Positions 37,982 to 48,068 of a DNA stretch of 64,000 bases are shown here, in pieces (the first letter of the stretch is position 1; each line of letters starts with the position of its first letter). Origin of the DNA: Pseudomonadota bacterium. Lineage in GTDB: Bacteria; Bdellovibrionota_B; Oligoflexia; Oligoflexales; CAIYRB01. A program made the position numbers and the translations under genes. The notes below the pieces were generated by a model. The model searched no databases and was not told where the DNA came from. It worked only from the letters and a program-made list of their open reading frames with translations. Location of the stretch: assembly GCA_031416315.1 (NCBI GenBank), contig JANOTL010000169.1, positions 1 through 64,000 on the forward strand. The letters are read 5' to 3'.

Positions 37982-39868
37982 TCAGAGACGCATCCTGCGC
38001 TGCATGAGCAGCGGGACGGCTAGTACGAGCAAGAGCGCGACCGGCAGACCGGAGGTCGCCGCTTCCGGGACCTCGCCGGCGACGCCGCAAGCGCTCTTCT
38101 TCTTTTCGTCCTTGGACGCGGCAGGGGGCGGCGTCGGCAGCTTCGGCTCTTGGACGGGCGCCTGCGGCTCCGTCGGCAAAGTCGGCGGACCGGACTTGCC
38201 GCCACCGGCCAAGGGCGGGAGCGCGCTGGTCGCATCGTTCGGCACGTCAGCGATCAGATCGTCCCAACCGCGGCCCTCCATCGCGCGACGGAACGCGGGC
38301 GCATGCACGCCGCCGAAGAGCTCGCGCTCGGCAAACAAGAGCGCCAGCATGAGGTCGCGAAAGCCGCTGTCCGCCTTGAACAGCTGCGTCGCGCGTAAGG
38401 TGATGCGCGCCACGTCCTGCAGTGGGACCTCGTGCAGGCGTGCCACGTCGTAGAGGAGACCGGAGATGAGCTGACCGTGCTTGTGCGAATAGCAGCCCGG
38501 GTTCGAGAACGCGGCGTTCCAGCTCGGGTCGTTGCGCTTGAACGCGATCGAAGCGTTGCGGAGGCACTGCGAGCGCATCGCACAGATCGAGCTGCCGTCG
38601 GGGCAAATGGTCGGCCCGAGGCAAGGGTCGGCGTTCGCCGCGGCGACGAAGAAGTCGGCCAAGCCCTCGTGGATGACCAAGGTCTCGATGCAACGGCGCA
38701 GCTCGGTCAGCGTGGTCGACACCACTTGATGGCCGAACTCGTGCTTGATTGCGTCGGCGTCGACCGCGAGATTCTGCAAGACGCGGCCGTCGCCCTTCTC
38801 CAGGTCGATGGAACCGGTCAGGCCGTCTTTGCCATAGTAGGGGAAGTACTGCGGTCCGCCCGGGGCCGACTCGGCGCCGTACCAGTTGATCCGCAGGCGC
38901 TGCCCTTGCGGCCACTCGTAACCGAGGCCTTCGAAGTAGTCGACATGCCGTTGGACGTGCGCGTACGCAGACGCTTGTTGAAACGCATCGTCAGTCTCGG
39001 GAAAATCAAAGTCGTGATTGGCTGCCTTTGCCGGCTCGTCGTGGACCGCCGTCAGAAAAATGCGCTCGCCGGCAAGGGTGCCGGTCCCGTCCAATCCGGG
39101 GAGCGGGATCCGCACGCGCGCACCGTCCTTGGCGTGGCGCTCGTAGACGTGCGCACTGCCGTCGATGGCGAGGGAGCGCTCGGCGCGATCGAAGACGGTG
39201 GCCTCGTCGGCCACGCTCGCCCAGCGGCCTTTGGGGGCTTCGAGCGTGAAGGACCACGCGGCATGCAGCGCGGCATCGTGGATCGCGTAGCAGCGCGAGG
39301 CGGACACGACGGCGATGTCCTCCAAATGATCGGCCTCGTTCTGGGCGATCTCGACGCGAGCCGCGAGCTCGGCCTCGTCACGCGCCGGCCAGGCATCGGC
39401 GCCGACGGGAGCGCCCGCCGAGACGGTGGGCAAGGCGCCAAAGATCGCGAAGGTGCCGTCGGCGGCGCGGTGGGCGCGGACGTGGAAACCGCAGACGGGG
39501 ACGTCGCCGAGGACGACGGCGAAGCCTAGCGTCTCGGTGCCGAGCGTGGCGCCGAGGGCGGTGGACACCGGGACGGCGCCGGCTTCGGGGGCGAGGCGCA
39601 GGAGCGGATGCGCAAGGCGCTCGCGGCCGGCGCGCTTCACCGCGGTCGAGAAATCAACGACGCCGCTTTCAATCAAGCGGAGGCCGGCGCTCGTGCCCGT
39701 CTGCGGCGCGAAGCGGCCGAGCGCGTGCTCGGTCCACTCGAGGCGCAACGCAAGTGGTGCTGCCTGAAGCCAAGTCGCGGGGGACGACCAAGACTCGCTC
39801 ACGGCCGACGCGGGGGATGCGGCGGCGAGCGCAACGACGATGCCGAGCGGAAGATGGTGCTTTTCCAT
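37982..39868 (-). CDS. Secreted M4/M36-type zinc metalloprotease with C-terminal sorting-like tail
   Basis: DAIKHEFGH, IHEGLADFF, HKHGQLISG; propeptide; tail KKKSACG...TM...RRMR. Confidence 0.85.
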   Translation of the reverse strand: MEKHHLPLGIVVALAAASPASAVSESWSSPATWLQAAPLALRLEWTEHALGRFAPQTGTSAGLRLIESGVVDFSTAVKRAGRERLAHPLLRLAPEAGAVPVSTALGATLGTETLGFAVVLGDVPVCGFHVRAHRAADGTFAIFGALPTVSAGAPVGADAWPARDEAELAARVEIAQNEADHLEDIAVVSASRCYAIHDAALHAAWSFTLEAPKGRWASVADEATVFDRAERSLAIDGSAHVYERHAKDGARVRIPLPGLDGTGTLAGERIFLTAVHDEPAKAANHDFDFPETDDAFQQASAYAHVQRHVDYFEGLGYEWPQGQRLRINWYGAESAPGGPQYFPYYGKDGLTGSIDLEKGDGRVLQNLAVDADAIKHEFGHQVVSTTLTELRRCIETLVIHEGLADFFVAAANADPCLGPTICPDGSSICAMRSQCLRNASIAFKRNDPSWNAAFSNPGCYSHKHGQLISGLLYDVARLHEVPLQDVARITLRATQLFKADSGFRDLMLALLFAERELFGGVHAPAFRRAMEGRGWDDLIADVPNDATSALPPLAGGGKSGPPTLPTEPQAPVQEPKLPTPPPAASKDEKKKSACGVAGEVPEAATSGLPVALLLVLAVPLLMQRRMRL

Positions 39869-39906
39869 CCCTTCGGCTCGGTCGTTCGCGCCCTCAGCTT
39901 AAGGCC

Positions 39907-40722
39907 TTAGGCGGATTTCCTGTCTCGATTCGGGCGCTTATCGACCGGATGCTGCAGCTCCGGACCGAACTTCGAGACGACGTAGGTGCCGCTGCGCGGG
40001 TCGGTGTCGAGTTGGATCAGGTTCAGCTCGCGTGCCTCCTCGAGGAGCTCGCTGAAGCTGCGGAAGCCGAAGTAGGTCTCGTTGAACGCGGGACGGATGC
40101 GCTGCATCGTGTCCTTGATCATCGAGGACCAGAGGATGTCTTTCTTCTCGCGGCGCAGCGCCATGAGGGCGTCGAAGAGGAGCTGGTAGGCCTTGCGCTT
40201 GCCGCTTTCGACCTTGGCTAGGAGGTTCGCCGGGATGTGCCCGGCGCCCTCGGTCTTCAGGTCTTCGTAGTAGATGAATTCGTCGCAGTTATCGCGCAAG
40301 AGGTTCGACGTCGAGTCGACCATGCCGATGCCGACGACGTGCTTCCCGAGCTCTTTCAGCTTGGAGACGAGCGGCGAGAAGTCGCTGTCGCCGGAGACGA
40401 TCACGAAGGTCGTGATGTGCTCCTTCGAGTAAGCGAGGTCCATCGCGTCGACGCAGAGGTGCATGTCGGCCGAGTTTTTCCCGGCGGCGCCGCGCTTGGG
40501 GATCTCGACCATCTCGATCGCCGCTTCGTGCAGGGCGCTGGTGTAGTTGCCGAAGCGGCTCCAGTCGCAGTAGGCCTTCTTCGCGACGACCTTGCCCTTC
40601 TCGAGAAGGCGCTTCAGCACCGGCTTGATCTCGAAGCGGTCGTCTCGGCCCTGAAAGCCCAGAGCCAGGTTCTCGAAGTCGATGAAGACCGCGATCGATC
40701 TCTGATCTTTAGGTGCTGCCAT
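39907..40722 (-). CDS. NYN (LabA/DUF88) domain protein with OST-HTH/LOTUS domain
   Basis: IAVFIDFEN, GKNSAD, VSGDSDFSPL, FNETYFGFRSFSELL. Confidence 0.92.
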   Translation of the reverse strand: MAAPKDQRSIAVFIDFENLALGFQGRDDRFEIKPVLKRLLEKGKVVAKKAYCDWSRFGNYTSALHEAAIEMVEIPKRGAAGKNSADMHLCVDAMDLAYSKEHITTFVIVSGDSDFSPLVSKLKELGKHVVGIGMVDSTSNLLRDNCDEFIYYEDLKTEGAGHIPANLLAKVESGKRKAYQLLFDALMALRREKKDILWSSMIKDTMQRIRPAFNETYFGFRSFSELLEEARELNLIQLDTDPRSGTYVVSKFGPELQHPVDKRPNRDRKSA

Positions 40723-40732
40723 GGGGAGACCC

Positions 40733-41986
40733 TCAGGAGGCTTTCTGGACTAAGATGCCGCCCAGGTACGTGACTTGGTGCATGGTGCCGAGGCCTTCCA
40801 CACGGGAGAAGCTGGGCTTTCTGCCGCGCTTCGACGAGCGGAACTGGGCGACGGCGTCGATCAGCTCGCGCGGCCTCGGCTGGCCCGGCTCGCGCGGCGT
40901 CTCGCGCTTCTCGTTCGGATGCGCGGCGGTGCGCAGCTGATCGAGGAGCTCACGGAACGGCTTCCTGATGTCCGGCTCCGCCATGATCGTGTCCATGATC
41001 TCGCGGCAAAAAGGCTCCGCGTCGAACTTCAGCATGGCCGTCAGGAACTCGCGGCCGAGTTGCTTGTGGTTCACGTCCGAGGCGACTTTGAGAAGTGCCG
41101 CGAGGTGCTGCATGAAGGTTTTGCGCGCCTCGACGAAGTCGCCTTCGATGACGTTCAGCTGGTCCGCAAAAGCCTGCACGAAGAGGGAGAACCGCTCCGG
41201 CTGCTTCAGCATGTAGTACTTGAAGGTCTCGTGCACGATCTTCTGGCTGTGACGGTCGGCCTCGAGGACGTACGGGAGGTTCTCGAGGAGGAACTGCAGG
41301 GCCACGCCTTCGCTGCGCTTTCTGAAGAGCAGGTTGAAGAGATGGTCGAGGACCGTATGGCCGAATCGGCTCATGATGCGGTTGAAGCAGAGGCGCGAGG
41401 CCGGGCCGCCGTGCTCGGTGACGCCAAAGTAGTGCAGAAGCGAGAGGCGAATGCAGCTGGAGTTGGTGTTCGAAACCGAGAGGAGATAGGTGGCGATGTG
41501 GTCGAGCAGCGCGATGCCGCGCGGGAACTCGCCAGGATACGCGTGCAGATACTCTTGGATCGAGATGCCGAGCTCGCAGATGAGCGCGACCGCCATCTCG
41601 AAAATGTCGCCATCGTGGCTATTCTCGGCGATCTCGCTGGTGAGCGCGATCTCTACGAGGGTCCAACAGGCGTTCTCGCACGAAGGCTGGCTGAACAGCT
41701 CCTCGAGGAAGGCATAGAGGAGCTTCTCGCTCGCGGCGTTCGCGAGCCAGATCATGACGCTCTCGACCAGGATCTCGGCTTGCAGCCGGTTCTGGCAACG
41801 CTCGCCCAAGCGGCTCGCGAAATGACGGACGATCTTCTCTTCGTCTTCCGGGGTGAAGGTGCGACGAAGCGTGCGCATGTCACGCCACTTCAGGAGGACG
41901 CCCAGGTCGACCAGCGCGACGGCTTGATCAACGGACCGGGTGCCCTTCCAACTCGTAGGGCTCTGTGTAGCGCCTAGCATTTGCAT
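40733..41986 (-). CDS. Hypothetical alpha-helical protein
   Basis: 417-aa ORF with host codon usage, adjacent to same-strand genes. Confidence 0.75.
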   Translation of the reverse strand: MQMLGATQSPTSWKGTRSVDQAVALVDLGVLLKWRDMRTLRRTFTPEDEEKIVRHFASRLGERCQNRLQAEILVESVMIWLANAASEKLLYAFLEELFSQPSCENACWTLVEIALTSEIAENSHDGDIFEMAVALICELGISIQEYLHAYPGEFPRGIALLDHIATYLLSVSNTNSSCIRLSLLHYFGVTEHGGPASRLCFNRIMSRFGHTVLDHLFNLLFRKRSEGVALQFLLENLPYVLEADRHSQKIVHETFKYYMLKQPERFSLFVQAFADQLNVIEGDFVEARKTFMQHLAALLKVASDVNHKQLGREFLTAMLKFDAEPFCREIMDTIMAEPDIRKPFRELLDQLRTAAHPNEKRETPREPGQPRPRELIDAVAQFRSSKRGRKPSFSRVEGLGTMHQVTYLGGILVQKAS

Positions 41987-41993
41987 CTAAGGA

Positions 41994-42599
41994 TTACCTC
42001 GCCGCTTTCTGCGGTTGGCGGTTTTGTTCGTCGACGGCCTTTTGGATCTCGCGCGACATGCCGTCGTCGAGGTCTTCGAAGCGCAGGCCGTAGCCCACCG
42101 GAAAACGCGGGTCGGAGTTGTAGCGCATGACTTGCGCGACGACGTTGAAAGGCTTCGTGAACGCGTCGGCGCGCACGGAGAGCTTCAGCCTTTCGCCGAC
42201 GGTGAAGAGCTGGTCCTTGGTCTCGACGAAAATCCCCGTGGAGGAGATGTTGACGCCGCCGCCAATGACGAGCTGGCCGTTGTTATGAACGATGACCCTG
42301 CCCTGAATCGTGGCGCGCGGCGCCGCCGCGCGACGCTCCGACTCCTTGACGGTGACGGGTGCGACGCCGCCAGGGGCGGTCGTTCCGGGGGCGGCGGGCG
42401 GCATGGTCGAGCGCTTGTTCTCGATGCCGAGCTCTTCCCAGCACTCCTCGATCGGACGCCAGTCCTTCCAACCGACCTTGAACAGGTAGGCATCTTGCGG
42501 GATCATTTTACTGTCCACCATCTGCGTGATCTGCGCGACGGCGAACGCTCCCAACGTTTGTCCGTTCTGGTGGACGTACCAGGTCTGCTCGGTACTCAT
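41994..42599 (-). CDS. GYF_2 (DUF4339)-PilZ domain protein
   Basis: WYVHQNGQTLGAF...GWKDWRPI; ERRAAPR and NISSTG c-di-GMP motifs, YGLRF. Confidence 0.85.
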   Translation of the reverse strand: MSTEQTWYVHQNGQTLGAFAVAQITQMVDSKMIPQDAYLFKVGWKDWRPIEECWEELGIENKRSTMPPAAPGTTAPGGVAPVTVKESERRAAAPRATIQGRVIVHNNGQLVIGGGVNISSTGIFVETKDQLFTVGERLKLSVRADAFTKPFNVVAQVMRYNSDPRFPVGYGLRFEDLDDGMSREIQKAVDEQNRQPQKAAR

Positions 42600-42761
42600 G
42601 ACAAGAAAGCCCCCTATTGTCCGCGCTTCTCAACACTTCCAGTGCATCCATTGGATCCAGTGTCTAGATCGGCCCGAAGTGAGAAGTGCTTTAGAAAACC
42701 GACAAATTAAAAATAATTTCCTGGTTCTTTCAGTTGGTTATAAGAACGAATGGAGTGAGCT

Positions 42762-43340
42762 ATGCCGGCACGCGTTTGGTGGCTGCGTTCGATTGGGGCC
42801 GCGGCGCTCGTCGTGGGGCTCTCGGCTACGGCGCTCGGTAAAGGCCTAGAAGTCCTGCCGATTGGCCAGGAGCCGTCGAAGGCCGACTGGCGTTACTTCT
42901 TGAAAGCGCCCGAAGGCGACCGCGAGAAGCTCTGGAAGTACCACCTGGCCGCCGGACGGACGCTCGCCAGCTGGTCCTGGGGCTGGCGGCTGGGCTGGGT
43001 GCGGGCCTGCGGCGAGAGCAAAGCGCGGTATTGTCGCACAGTGCTCGAGCAGGCCCTCGTCGACAAGGCCCTCGTGGTGCGCGCGGAGGCAGCGACGCGG
43101 CTCGGCCGCCTGTACGAAGGCACAGAGGACGCAAAGGTCGTCGCCATGCTCGCCGACGAGTACCGCGACGCACGCAACTTCCGCCGCGGCGCGCCGCTCT
43201 TCGTCACCGAGCGCCTCCTCTTCGCCTTGCAACAGGTCGGCGGCGAGCAAGCGCTCAAGGCAGGCGATCGCCTCGCGGCGAGCCACAAGCAGTCGAAGGC
43301 CTATTGGGCGAAGCTGAAGGCGGCTACGAGCCCCCGGTAG
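42762..43340 (+). CDS. Hypothetical exported HEAT-repeat-like protein
   Basis: Signal peptide; ALVDKALVVRAEAATRLG. Confidence 0.65.
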   Translation: MPARVWWLRSIGAAALVVGLSATALGKGLEVLPIGQEPSKADWRYFLKAPEGDREKLWKYHLAAGRTLASWSWGWRLGWVRACGESKARYCRTVLEQALVDKALVVRAEAATRLGRLYEGTEDAKVVAMLADEYRDARNFRRGAPLFVTERLLFALQQVGGEQALKAGDRLAASHKQSKAYWAKLKAATSPR

Positions 43341-44124
43341 GCGTCTGGGACTTGAAGCTCTTGCCGGGTGGCGGCGTCGAGAAGCGCGCGACGATCGCCT
43401 CGGGCACGAGGCGCGAAAGCTTGATGAGCCAGTAGAGGCGACGTGGGAAATTGAAGACCGCTGCGCCACGGGCGATGGCGCCGAGGATGCGCTCGGCGCC
43501 GCGGTCCGTCTCCATGAGAAAGGGCATCGGCATCTGGTTCTTCGCCGTGATCTCCGACTTGATGAAGCCAGGGCAGATCGTGGTGACGCCGATGCCACGA
43601 GAGCGGAGCTCCAGGCGGAGGCCTTCGAGCTGGGAGTTGACCGCGGCCTTCGACGCGCAATAGGCGTGCGTTTCGGGAAACGAGCGGTAGGCTGCGAGGC
43701 TCGAGATGCCGACAAGGCGGCCTCGTTGACGTTGGACCATGCCGGGAATGACGGCCTCGAACGCGTTGAGGACGCCGAAGACGTTCGTGCGATAGATCGC
43801 CTCGGCACGCGCGGCGTCCAACTTGTGGGCCCGGACCACGTCGGCGACGCCAGCGTTGGCGATCATCACGTCACAGGGGCCCAGAGCCTCCTCGAGGGCC
43901 TTGACGGCGCTGCGGAGGGCCTCGCGATCGACGACGTCGGCAGTCTGGCACGAGGCCTTGCCGCCGGCGGCTTCGATCTCCGCCTGGAGCGCCGCGATCT
44001 TGTCCGCGCGCCGTGCCACAAGGCCGACCTTCGCCCCCGCACGCGCGAGTTGGAGCGCCATGGCGCGCCCGATGCCGCTCGATGCGCCCGTGATGATGAC
44101 GACCTGGTTGGTAAAGCGATGCAT
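43324..44124 (-). CDS. SDR family oxidoreductase
   Basis: TGASSGIG, ANAG, YCASK, CPGFI. Confidence 0.93.
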   Translation of the reverse strand: MHRFTNQVVIITGASSGIGRAMALQLARAGAKVGLVARRADKIAALQAEIEAAGGKASCQTADVVDREALRSAVKALEEALGPCDVMIANAGVADVVRAHKLDAARAEAIYRTNVFGVLNAFEAVIPGMVQRQRGRLVGISSLAAYRSFPETHAYCASKAAVNSQLEGLRLELRSRGIGVTTICPGFIKSEITAKNQMPMPFLMETDRGAERILGAIARGAAVFNFPRRLYWLIKLSRLVPEAIVARFSTPPPGKSFKSQTPTGGS

Positions 44125-44221
44125 TTACCGGGCTCCCCGATGGGTAATGATGCGTATTTCCGGACCGCGCCGGAGACCCTACGCTGATAGGTACCGAAAA
44201 GATACACCGAGGAGCGCGCAC

Positions 44222-44881
44222 GTGAGTTCTGGAATCGTGATCGTCGATACGGACCGCGCGGCCTATGCGGGCTTGGTCGAGGCGCTCGAGCGCGGCGGCC
44301 GGACCGTGCGCTTCAGCGAGTTGGGCGAGGACGGCACGGCCGCGCTCGCCATCATCGATTTCGAGACGCGGGTGACCGAGCCGGCCATACCCTTTGTCGC
44401 CGTGGCGGCAAACGACAACGCGCAGGCGATCCGTGCAGCATTCGCTCGCGGCGCGTTGGACGTGTTCGTGAAGCCGTTTTCGGCGAACGAGGTGGCGTTC
44501 AAGCTCGAGCGCCTCTTGACCTCGCGCGCCGCGCTGACGACCTCGACGATCCTGCAGGTGCTGCCGCGCGGCGAGACCCCGACCAATCTCGTCGTCAACG
44601 ACGTAGCGCTGTCGATCGGCATCGGCGAGCGGACGCCCGTCGTTTTGACGCCACGCGAGTACCAGATCTTGCGGCTTCTTTACGATGCTCCGGGATACTC
44701 GGTGACCCGGCCTTCCGTGTTCGTCGCCGTTTGGTCGGGCGTCAAAGTCTGCCAGAAGGTGCTCGACGTGCACGTCTCGAAGCTCAGGAAGAAGCTAAAG
44801 CCGCTGGGCCTGACGATCACGTTCGTTCGCCCGAACAACTATGTCCTCGTGCTGGATCCCGCGGCTGCCGTCGCGGCTTGA
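44222..44881 (+). CDS. OmpR-type response regulator (short receiver + winged HTH)
   Basis: GALDVFVKPF; LTPREYQIL, VLDVHVSKLRKKL; GTG start. Confidence 0.8.
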   Translation: MSSGIVIVDTDRAAYAGLVEALERGGRTVRFSELGEDGTAALAIIDFETRVTEPAIPFVAVAANDNAQAIRAAFARGALDVFVKPFSANEVAFKLERLLTSRAALTTSTILQVLPRGETPTNLVVNDVALSIGIGERTPVVLTPREYQILRLLYDAPGYSVTRPSVFVAVWSGVKVCQKVLDVHVSKLRKKLKPLGLTITFVRPNNYVLVLDPAAAVAA

Positions 44882-44897
44882 TCTTTAGAGAGTCGCG

Positions 44898-45326
44898 ATG
44901 TTCAGCTTGGTCTATGCAAGCAAAGCCGCCGAAGCCGTGACCTTGGAAACCGCTCGGGCCATTTGGGAGACGGCGAGCCGAGAAAACCAGACGCTCGGGA
45001 TCTCCGGGGTCCTGTTCTTCAATGCTCATTATTTCATCCAATGCATCGAAGGGGATCGCGAGGTCGTCAACAAGCTCTACAACAAAATCAGCCGGGATCG
45101 TCGCCACCTCAATCCCGTGATCCTCAGCTACGGCCCGATCCCCGTGCGAAACTTCGCCGCCTGGGCGATGGGCCTCTTCACGTCGAAGCAAGTCAACCGC
45201 GTCGTTCTGCTCAAATATGGCCTGCCGGACGAGTTCGTGCCCTCCGCCTTGGACGGCGAAAGTTGCTTGGCGTTCTTGAAAGAGGCGTTCGAGCTGATCC
45301 CAACGAGCGTGGCGGCGGGGGCTTAG
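44898..45326 (+). CDS. BLUF blue-light sensor protein
   Basis: LVYAS, GISGVL, FIQCIEG, LYNKISRDRRH, RNFAAWAM. Confidence 0.93.
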   Translation: MFSLVYASKAAEAVTLETARAIWETASRENQTLGISGVLFFNAHYFIQCIEGDREVVNKLYNKISRDRRHLNPVILSYGPIPVRNFAAWAMGLFTSKQVNRVVLLKYGLPDEFVPSALDGESCLAFLKEAFELIPTSVAAGA

Positions 45327-45446
45327 GCAAATGGGAACTCTAAGCGCCCGTGAGATTCGGACGTGCTGGTCCGAGGCAACCCGCCGAAGAAACTGGAGGA
45401 ATTCCAGGTTCTGATCGCCGGTCAGCCGTGGTAATAGACGCTGTCC

Positions 45447-45523
45447 GATCCCATAGCTCAACTGGATAGAGCACTGGATTTCTAATCCAGCGGTTTCAGG
45501 TTCAAGCCCTGATGGGGTCGCCA
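45447..45523 (+). tRNA. tRNA-Arg (anticodon TCT)
   Basis: Acceptor GATCCCA/TGGGGTC, D arm TAGCTCAACTGGATAGAGC, anticodon arm CTGGA-TTTCTAA-TCCAG, T loop GGTTCAAGCC, encoded CCA. Confidence 0.96.
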
Positions 45524-45529
45524 CTCCCT

Positions 45530-48004
45530 CTAGCGCAGCTTCGCCGCGAGGAATTTTTCCGTGCGCACGGCCTTCTCGTGCGGGTCGACGAAGCTGAGCA
45601 GAGTTTCCAAGACTAGGGCCTGGTGGTTGAAGCGCTCCAGGTTGTGTCGCGGCGTCGCGTACTCTAGATAGCGGTTCGCGTCGGTGTTGAGGCGCGTGAC
45701 CGTCGCCGCCAGGCGCGTGACGTCGGCTTCGTCGAGGAGAAGGCTCTCGCTCAGATTCTCGAGGGTGACGCCGCGCAAGCGCTCGAGGACCCCGAGAAGG
45801 GACCTCATGCGCGGCTCGGCCGCGAGCTGTTTCTTAACGGCTGGCGTGATCGCGTGCGACGCCTCGCTCGCGATGATCAAGCCTTGCGAATTGAGCACCC
45901 AGAGCGTCGCCGTCGGAAACTCGGCGCGTACGGTGGCGAGCACGCTCGCGACTTCTTCCGGCGCCGCGTGATGAAACTGCACCCATTGCTGCAGCACGCC
46001 GCCGGGCGCCAGCCGCTGGCGTGCCATGCGGTAAAACTCGCGGGAGTAGAGGTTGGCGGCGCCGGCGAACCAGATCGAGGTGAGCTCGATCGAGATCACG
46101 TCGAAGCGCTGCTCGGTGCGCAAGAGGAAGTTGCGGCCGTCCTCCAGGTGGAACGCGACCTTCGGATCTTCCAGGACCTCACCGTTGATGTGGCCGAAGA
46201 ATTTGCGGGCGGCATGGCCCATGCCGGGGGAGATGTCGGCGATGTCGACGTGCGCGAAGCCGGCGGAGTTGAGCACATTGGCGCTTTGGCCGGTCCCGAG
46301 GCCGATGACGAGGGCGCGGTCGCGAGCGGCGACGAGAGCGGCAGGGACGAGGCCGAAAGCGATTTGATCGGGGACCTCGCCGCTGTCGTTGCCCTGGAAT
46401 TTCCCGTTCGTCAGGAGCGTGCGTGTCTCGACGCCGCGCTGCGTCTTCGTCGCAACCACCGTGGTGATGCCGCCGGCGGAGTCCTCGAACCAGCTAAGGA
46501 GGCGCGAGGCGCCCTTGAGGACGAAGGCCGGACGGAAGTAAACGTTGACGCCGGACGTCAGCGCCAGGCGGTCCCAACGCGGCGCGAAGATCGCCACCAA
46601 GACGAGGGCTACGCCGGCCGCAGCGAAGGCGGGCAAGAGCCAGCGCCGGACGGCGTCGCGACACGCGCGGCTCGCGAGGAGCGGCAAGGCAAGAAGGCCA
46701 GGCGCGACCGCTAGCGCCCGCAGGCTCGGCTCGGAGCCGACGACGGGCAGGAGAAAAAAGCCCGCGACGAGCGCGCCCAGGATGGAGCCGCCGGCGTTGA
46801 CGGCAGCGAGCACGCCGGCGGCGCGCGAAGCGTCGGCCGTCGGAAAGAGGCGCGATTTGAACAAGGACGGATAGATCAGGCCCAGGACGACGCTCGGCAC
46901 GAAGACGAGTCCCAAGGCGATCTGGAAACGGACGAGCTCGCCGCCCGCGAAGGTAACGGCGTCGGATCCGAGCGCGAGGAGCCATCGACCGGCCTGATCC
47001 CACAAGGTGCCAAACGCGAGCGTGACGGCGGAAGCCAAAGCGGCGAACGCCGGGAGCATCCAGGCGGGCTGCGCTTTCCTGCGCGGGGAGACCAGCGAGA
47101 CGAGGGCGCCGCCGGCGAAAAGCCCGAGAAGGACGAGCGTGAGCATCATCGCGAAGGCGTAGACGGACATGCCGAGCGTCGCCCCGATCAGATGAATCCA
47201 AAGGACCTCGAGGGCGAAGATGACGAAGCCGGAAATGATGGCCATCGTTGCGAGGAGAGAGAAGCCTTCGTGGGAGAAGAGGGTCGAGAGCGGGGCGTGC
47301 GGAGCGCGCGGGGCAGGCGTCGTCGCGGGTGCCCCTACTGCCGCCGTCACCGGTGACCCCGCCAAGCGCGCGAGGCCCAGCGCCGCTGCCACGACCATGG
47401 CTTGCATTCCAGCAACCGCCAACAGCGCGCCCGTCATCCCCAAGATCGGAAACGCGAAATAGGGCCCGACGAACGCCGCCGCGGCCGCGCCGAGCAAGTT
47501 GGCGGCGTAGATGCGCGCCATGGCAGTGCCGAGACGGTCCTTCGCGCCTTCGCCCCGCTTCGCGCCCAACTTTTCGAGGGCTGAGACCACCGCCGGATAC
47601 GTTGCGCCCATCGCCACCGTCGGCGGCAGGATCCAGAGCGCCGCGACGAAGATCCGGACGACGAAGACCGCGGCGCCATTCTCCCCCGCGAGCTGCACCA
47701 TCCAGGTCGAGGCGGCCTGCGTCTCGGCGAAGAAGACGCCGAGGAGGAGCGCCGCGACGCCGACGACGGCCTCCAGCGCCGCATACAAGGCGAGCGGGCT
47801 CCGGAATCTCCGCGCCAACCGCGCGTAAAAGAGACCACCCAGGCTCAGCCCGCCGAAGTATACGGCAAGGACGATTGCCCCTGCCTGCGTCGAAGAGCCG
47901 ACGACCGTCGAAAGCAGCTTCTCGAAGGCTTGCTCCACGATCAGAGCCGAGGCCCCAGTGACGACGAAGACGACGCCCAACGCCAGCGCGACGGCGGGAA
48001 CCAT
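45530..48004 (-). CDS. Fused MFS-like membrane domain / spermidine synthase-like methyltransferase
   Basis: About 13 TM helices, then LLTNGKFQG, ALVIGLGTGQS, EDGRNFL, ANLYSREFY, GGVLQQW. Confidence 0.9.
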   Translation of the reverse strand: MVPAVALALGVVFVVTGASALIVEQAFEKLLSTVVGSSTQAGAIVLAVYFGGLSLGGLFYARLARRFRSPLALYAALEAVVGVAALLLGVFFAETQAASTWMVQLAGENGAAVFVVRIFVAALWILPPTVAMGATYPAVVSALEKLGAKRGEGAKDRLGTAMARIYAANLLGAAAAAFVGPYFAFPILGMTGALLAVAGMQAMVVAAALGLARLAGSPVTAAVGAPATTPAPRAPHAPLSTLFSHEGFSLLATMAIISGFVIFALEVLWIHLIGATLGMSVYAFAMMLTLVLLGLFAGGALVSLVSPRRKAQPAWMLPAFAALASAVTLAFGTLWDQAGRWLLALGSDAVTFAGGELVRFQIALGLVFVPSVVLGLIYPSLFKSRLFPTADASRAAGVLAAVNAGGSILGALVAGFFLLPVVGSEPSLRALAVAPGLLALPLLASRACRDAVRRWLLPAFAAAGVALVLVAIFAPRWDRLALTSGVNVYFRPAFVLKGASRLLSWFEDSAGGITTVVATKTQRGVETRTLLTNGKFQGNDSGEVPDQIAFGLVPAALVAARDRALVIGLGTGQSANVLNSAGFAHVDIADISPGMGHAARKFFGHINGEVLEDPKVAFHLEDGRNFLLRTEQRFDVISIELTSIWFAGAANLYSREFYRMARQRLAPGGVLQQWVQFHHAAPEEVASVLATVRAEFPTATLWVLNSQGLIIASEASHAITPAVKKQLAAEPRMRSLLGVLERLRGVTLENLSESLLLDEADVTRLAATVTRLNTDANRYLEYATPRHNLERFNHQALVLETLLSFVDPHEKAVRTEKFLAAKLR

Positions 48005-48068
48005 GTGGGGCCTCCTGCAAGAGCCCCTCAGATTAGCAGATTTTGGCCGCGGAGAGGAACGAGGGACG

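Noticed and set aside
39907..40722. NYN/PIN-like protein as a toxin-antitoxin or defence gene
   Set aside because: Ordinary LabA/DUF88-LOTUS architecture with no adjacent antitoxin or defence cluster.
45447..45523. tRNA-Arg(TCT) as the attachment site of an integrated island
   Set aside because: No integrase in the window, no duplicated tRNA 3' end noticed by eye, and the next gene ends 6 bp away.
44817..45524. 235-aa minus-strand ORF starting MATPSGLEPETAGLEIQCS
   Set aside because: It is the antisense reading of the tRNA and BLUF genes.
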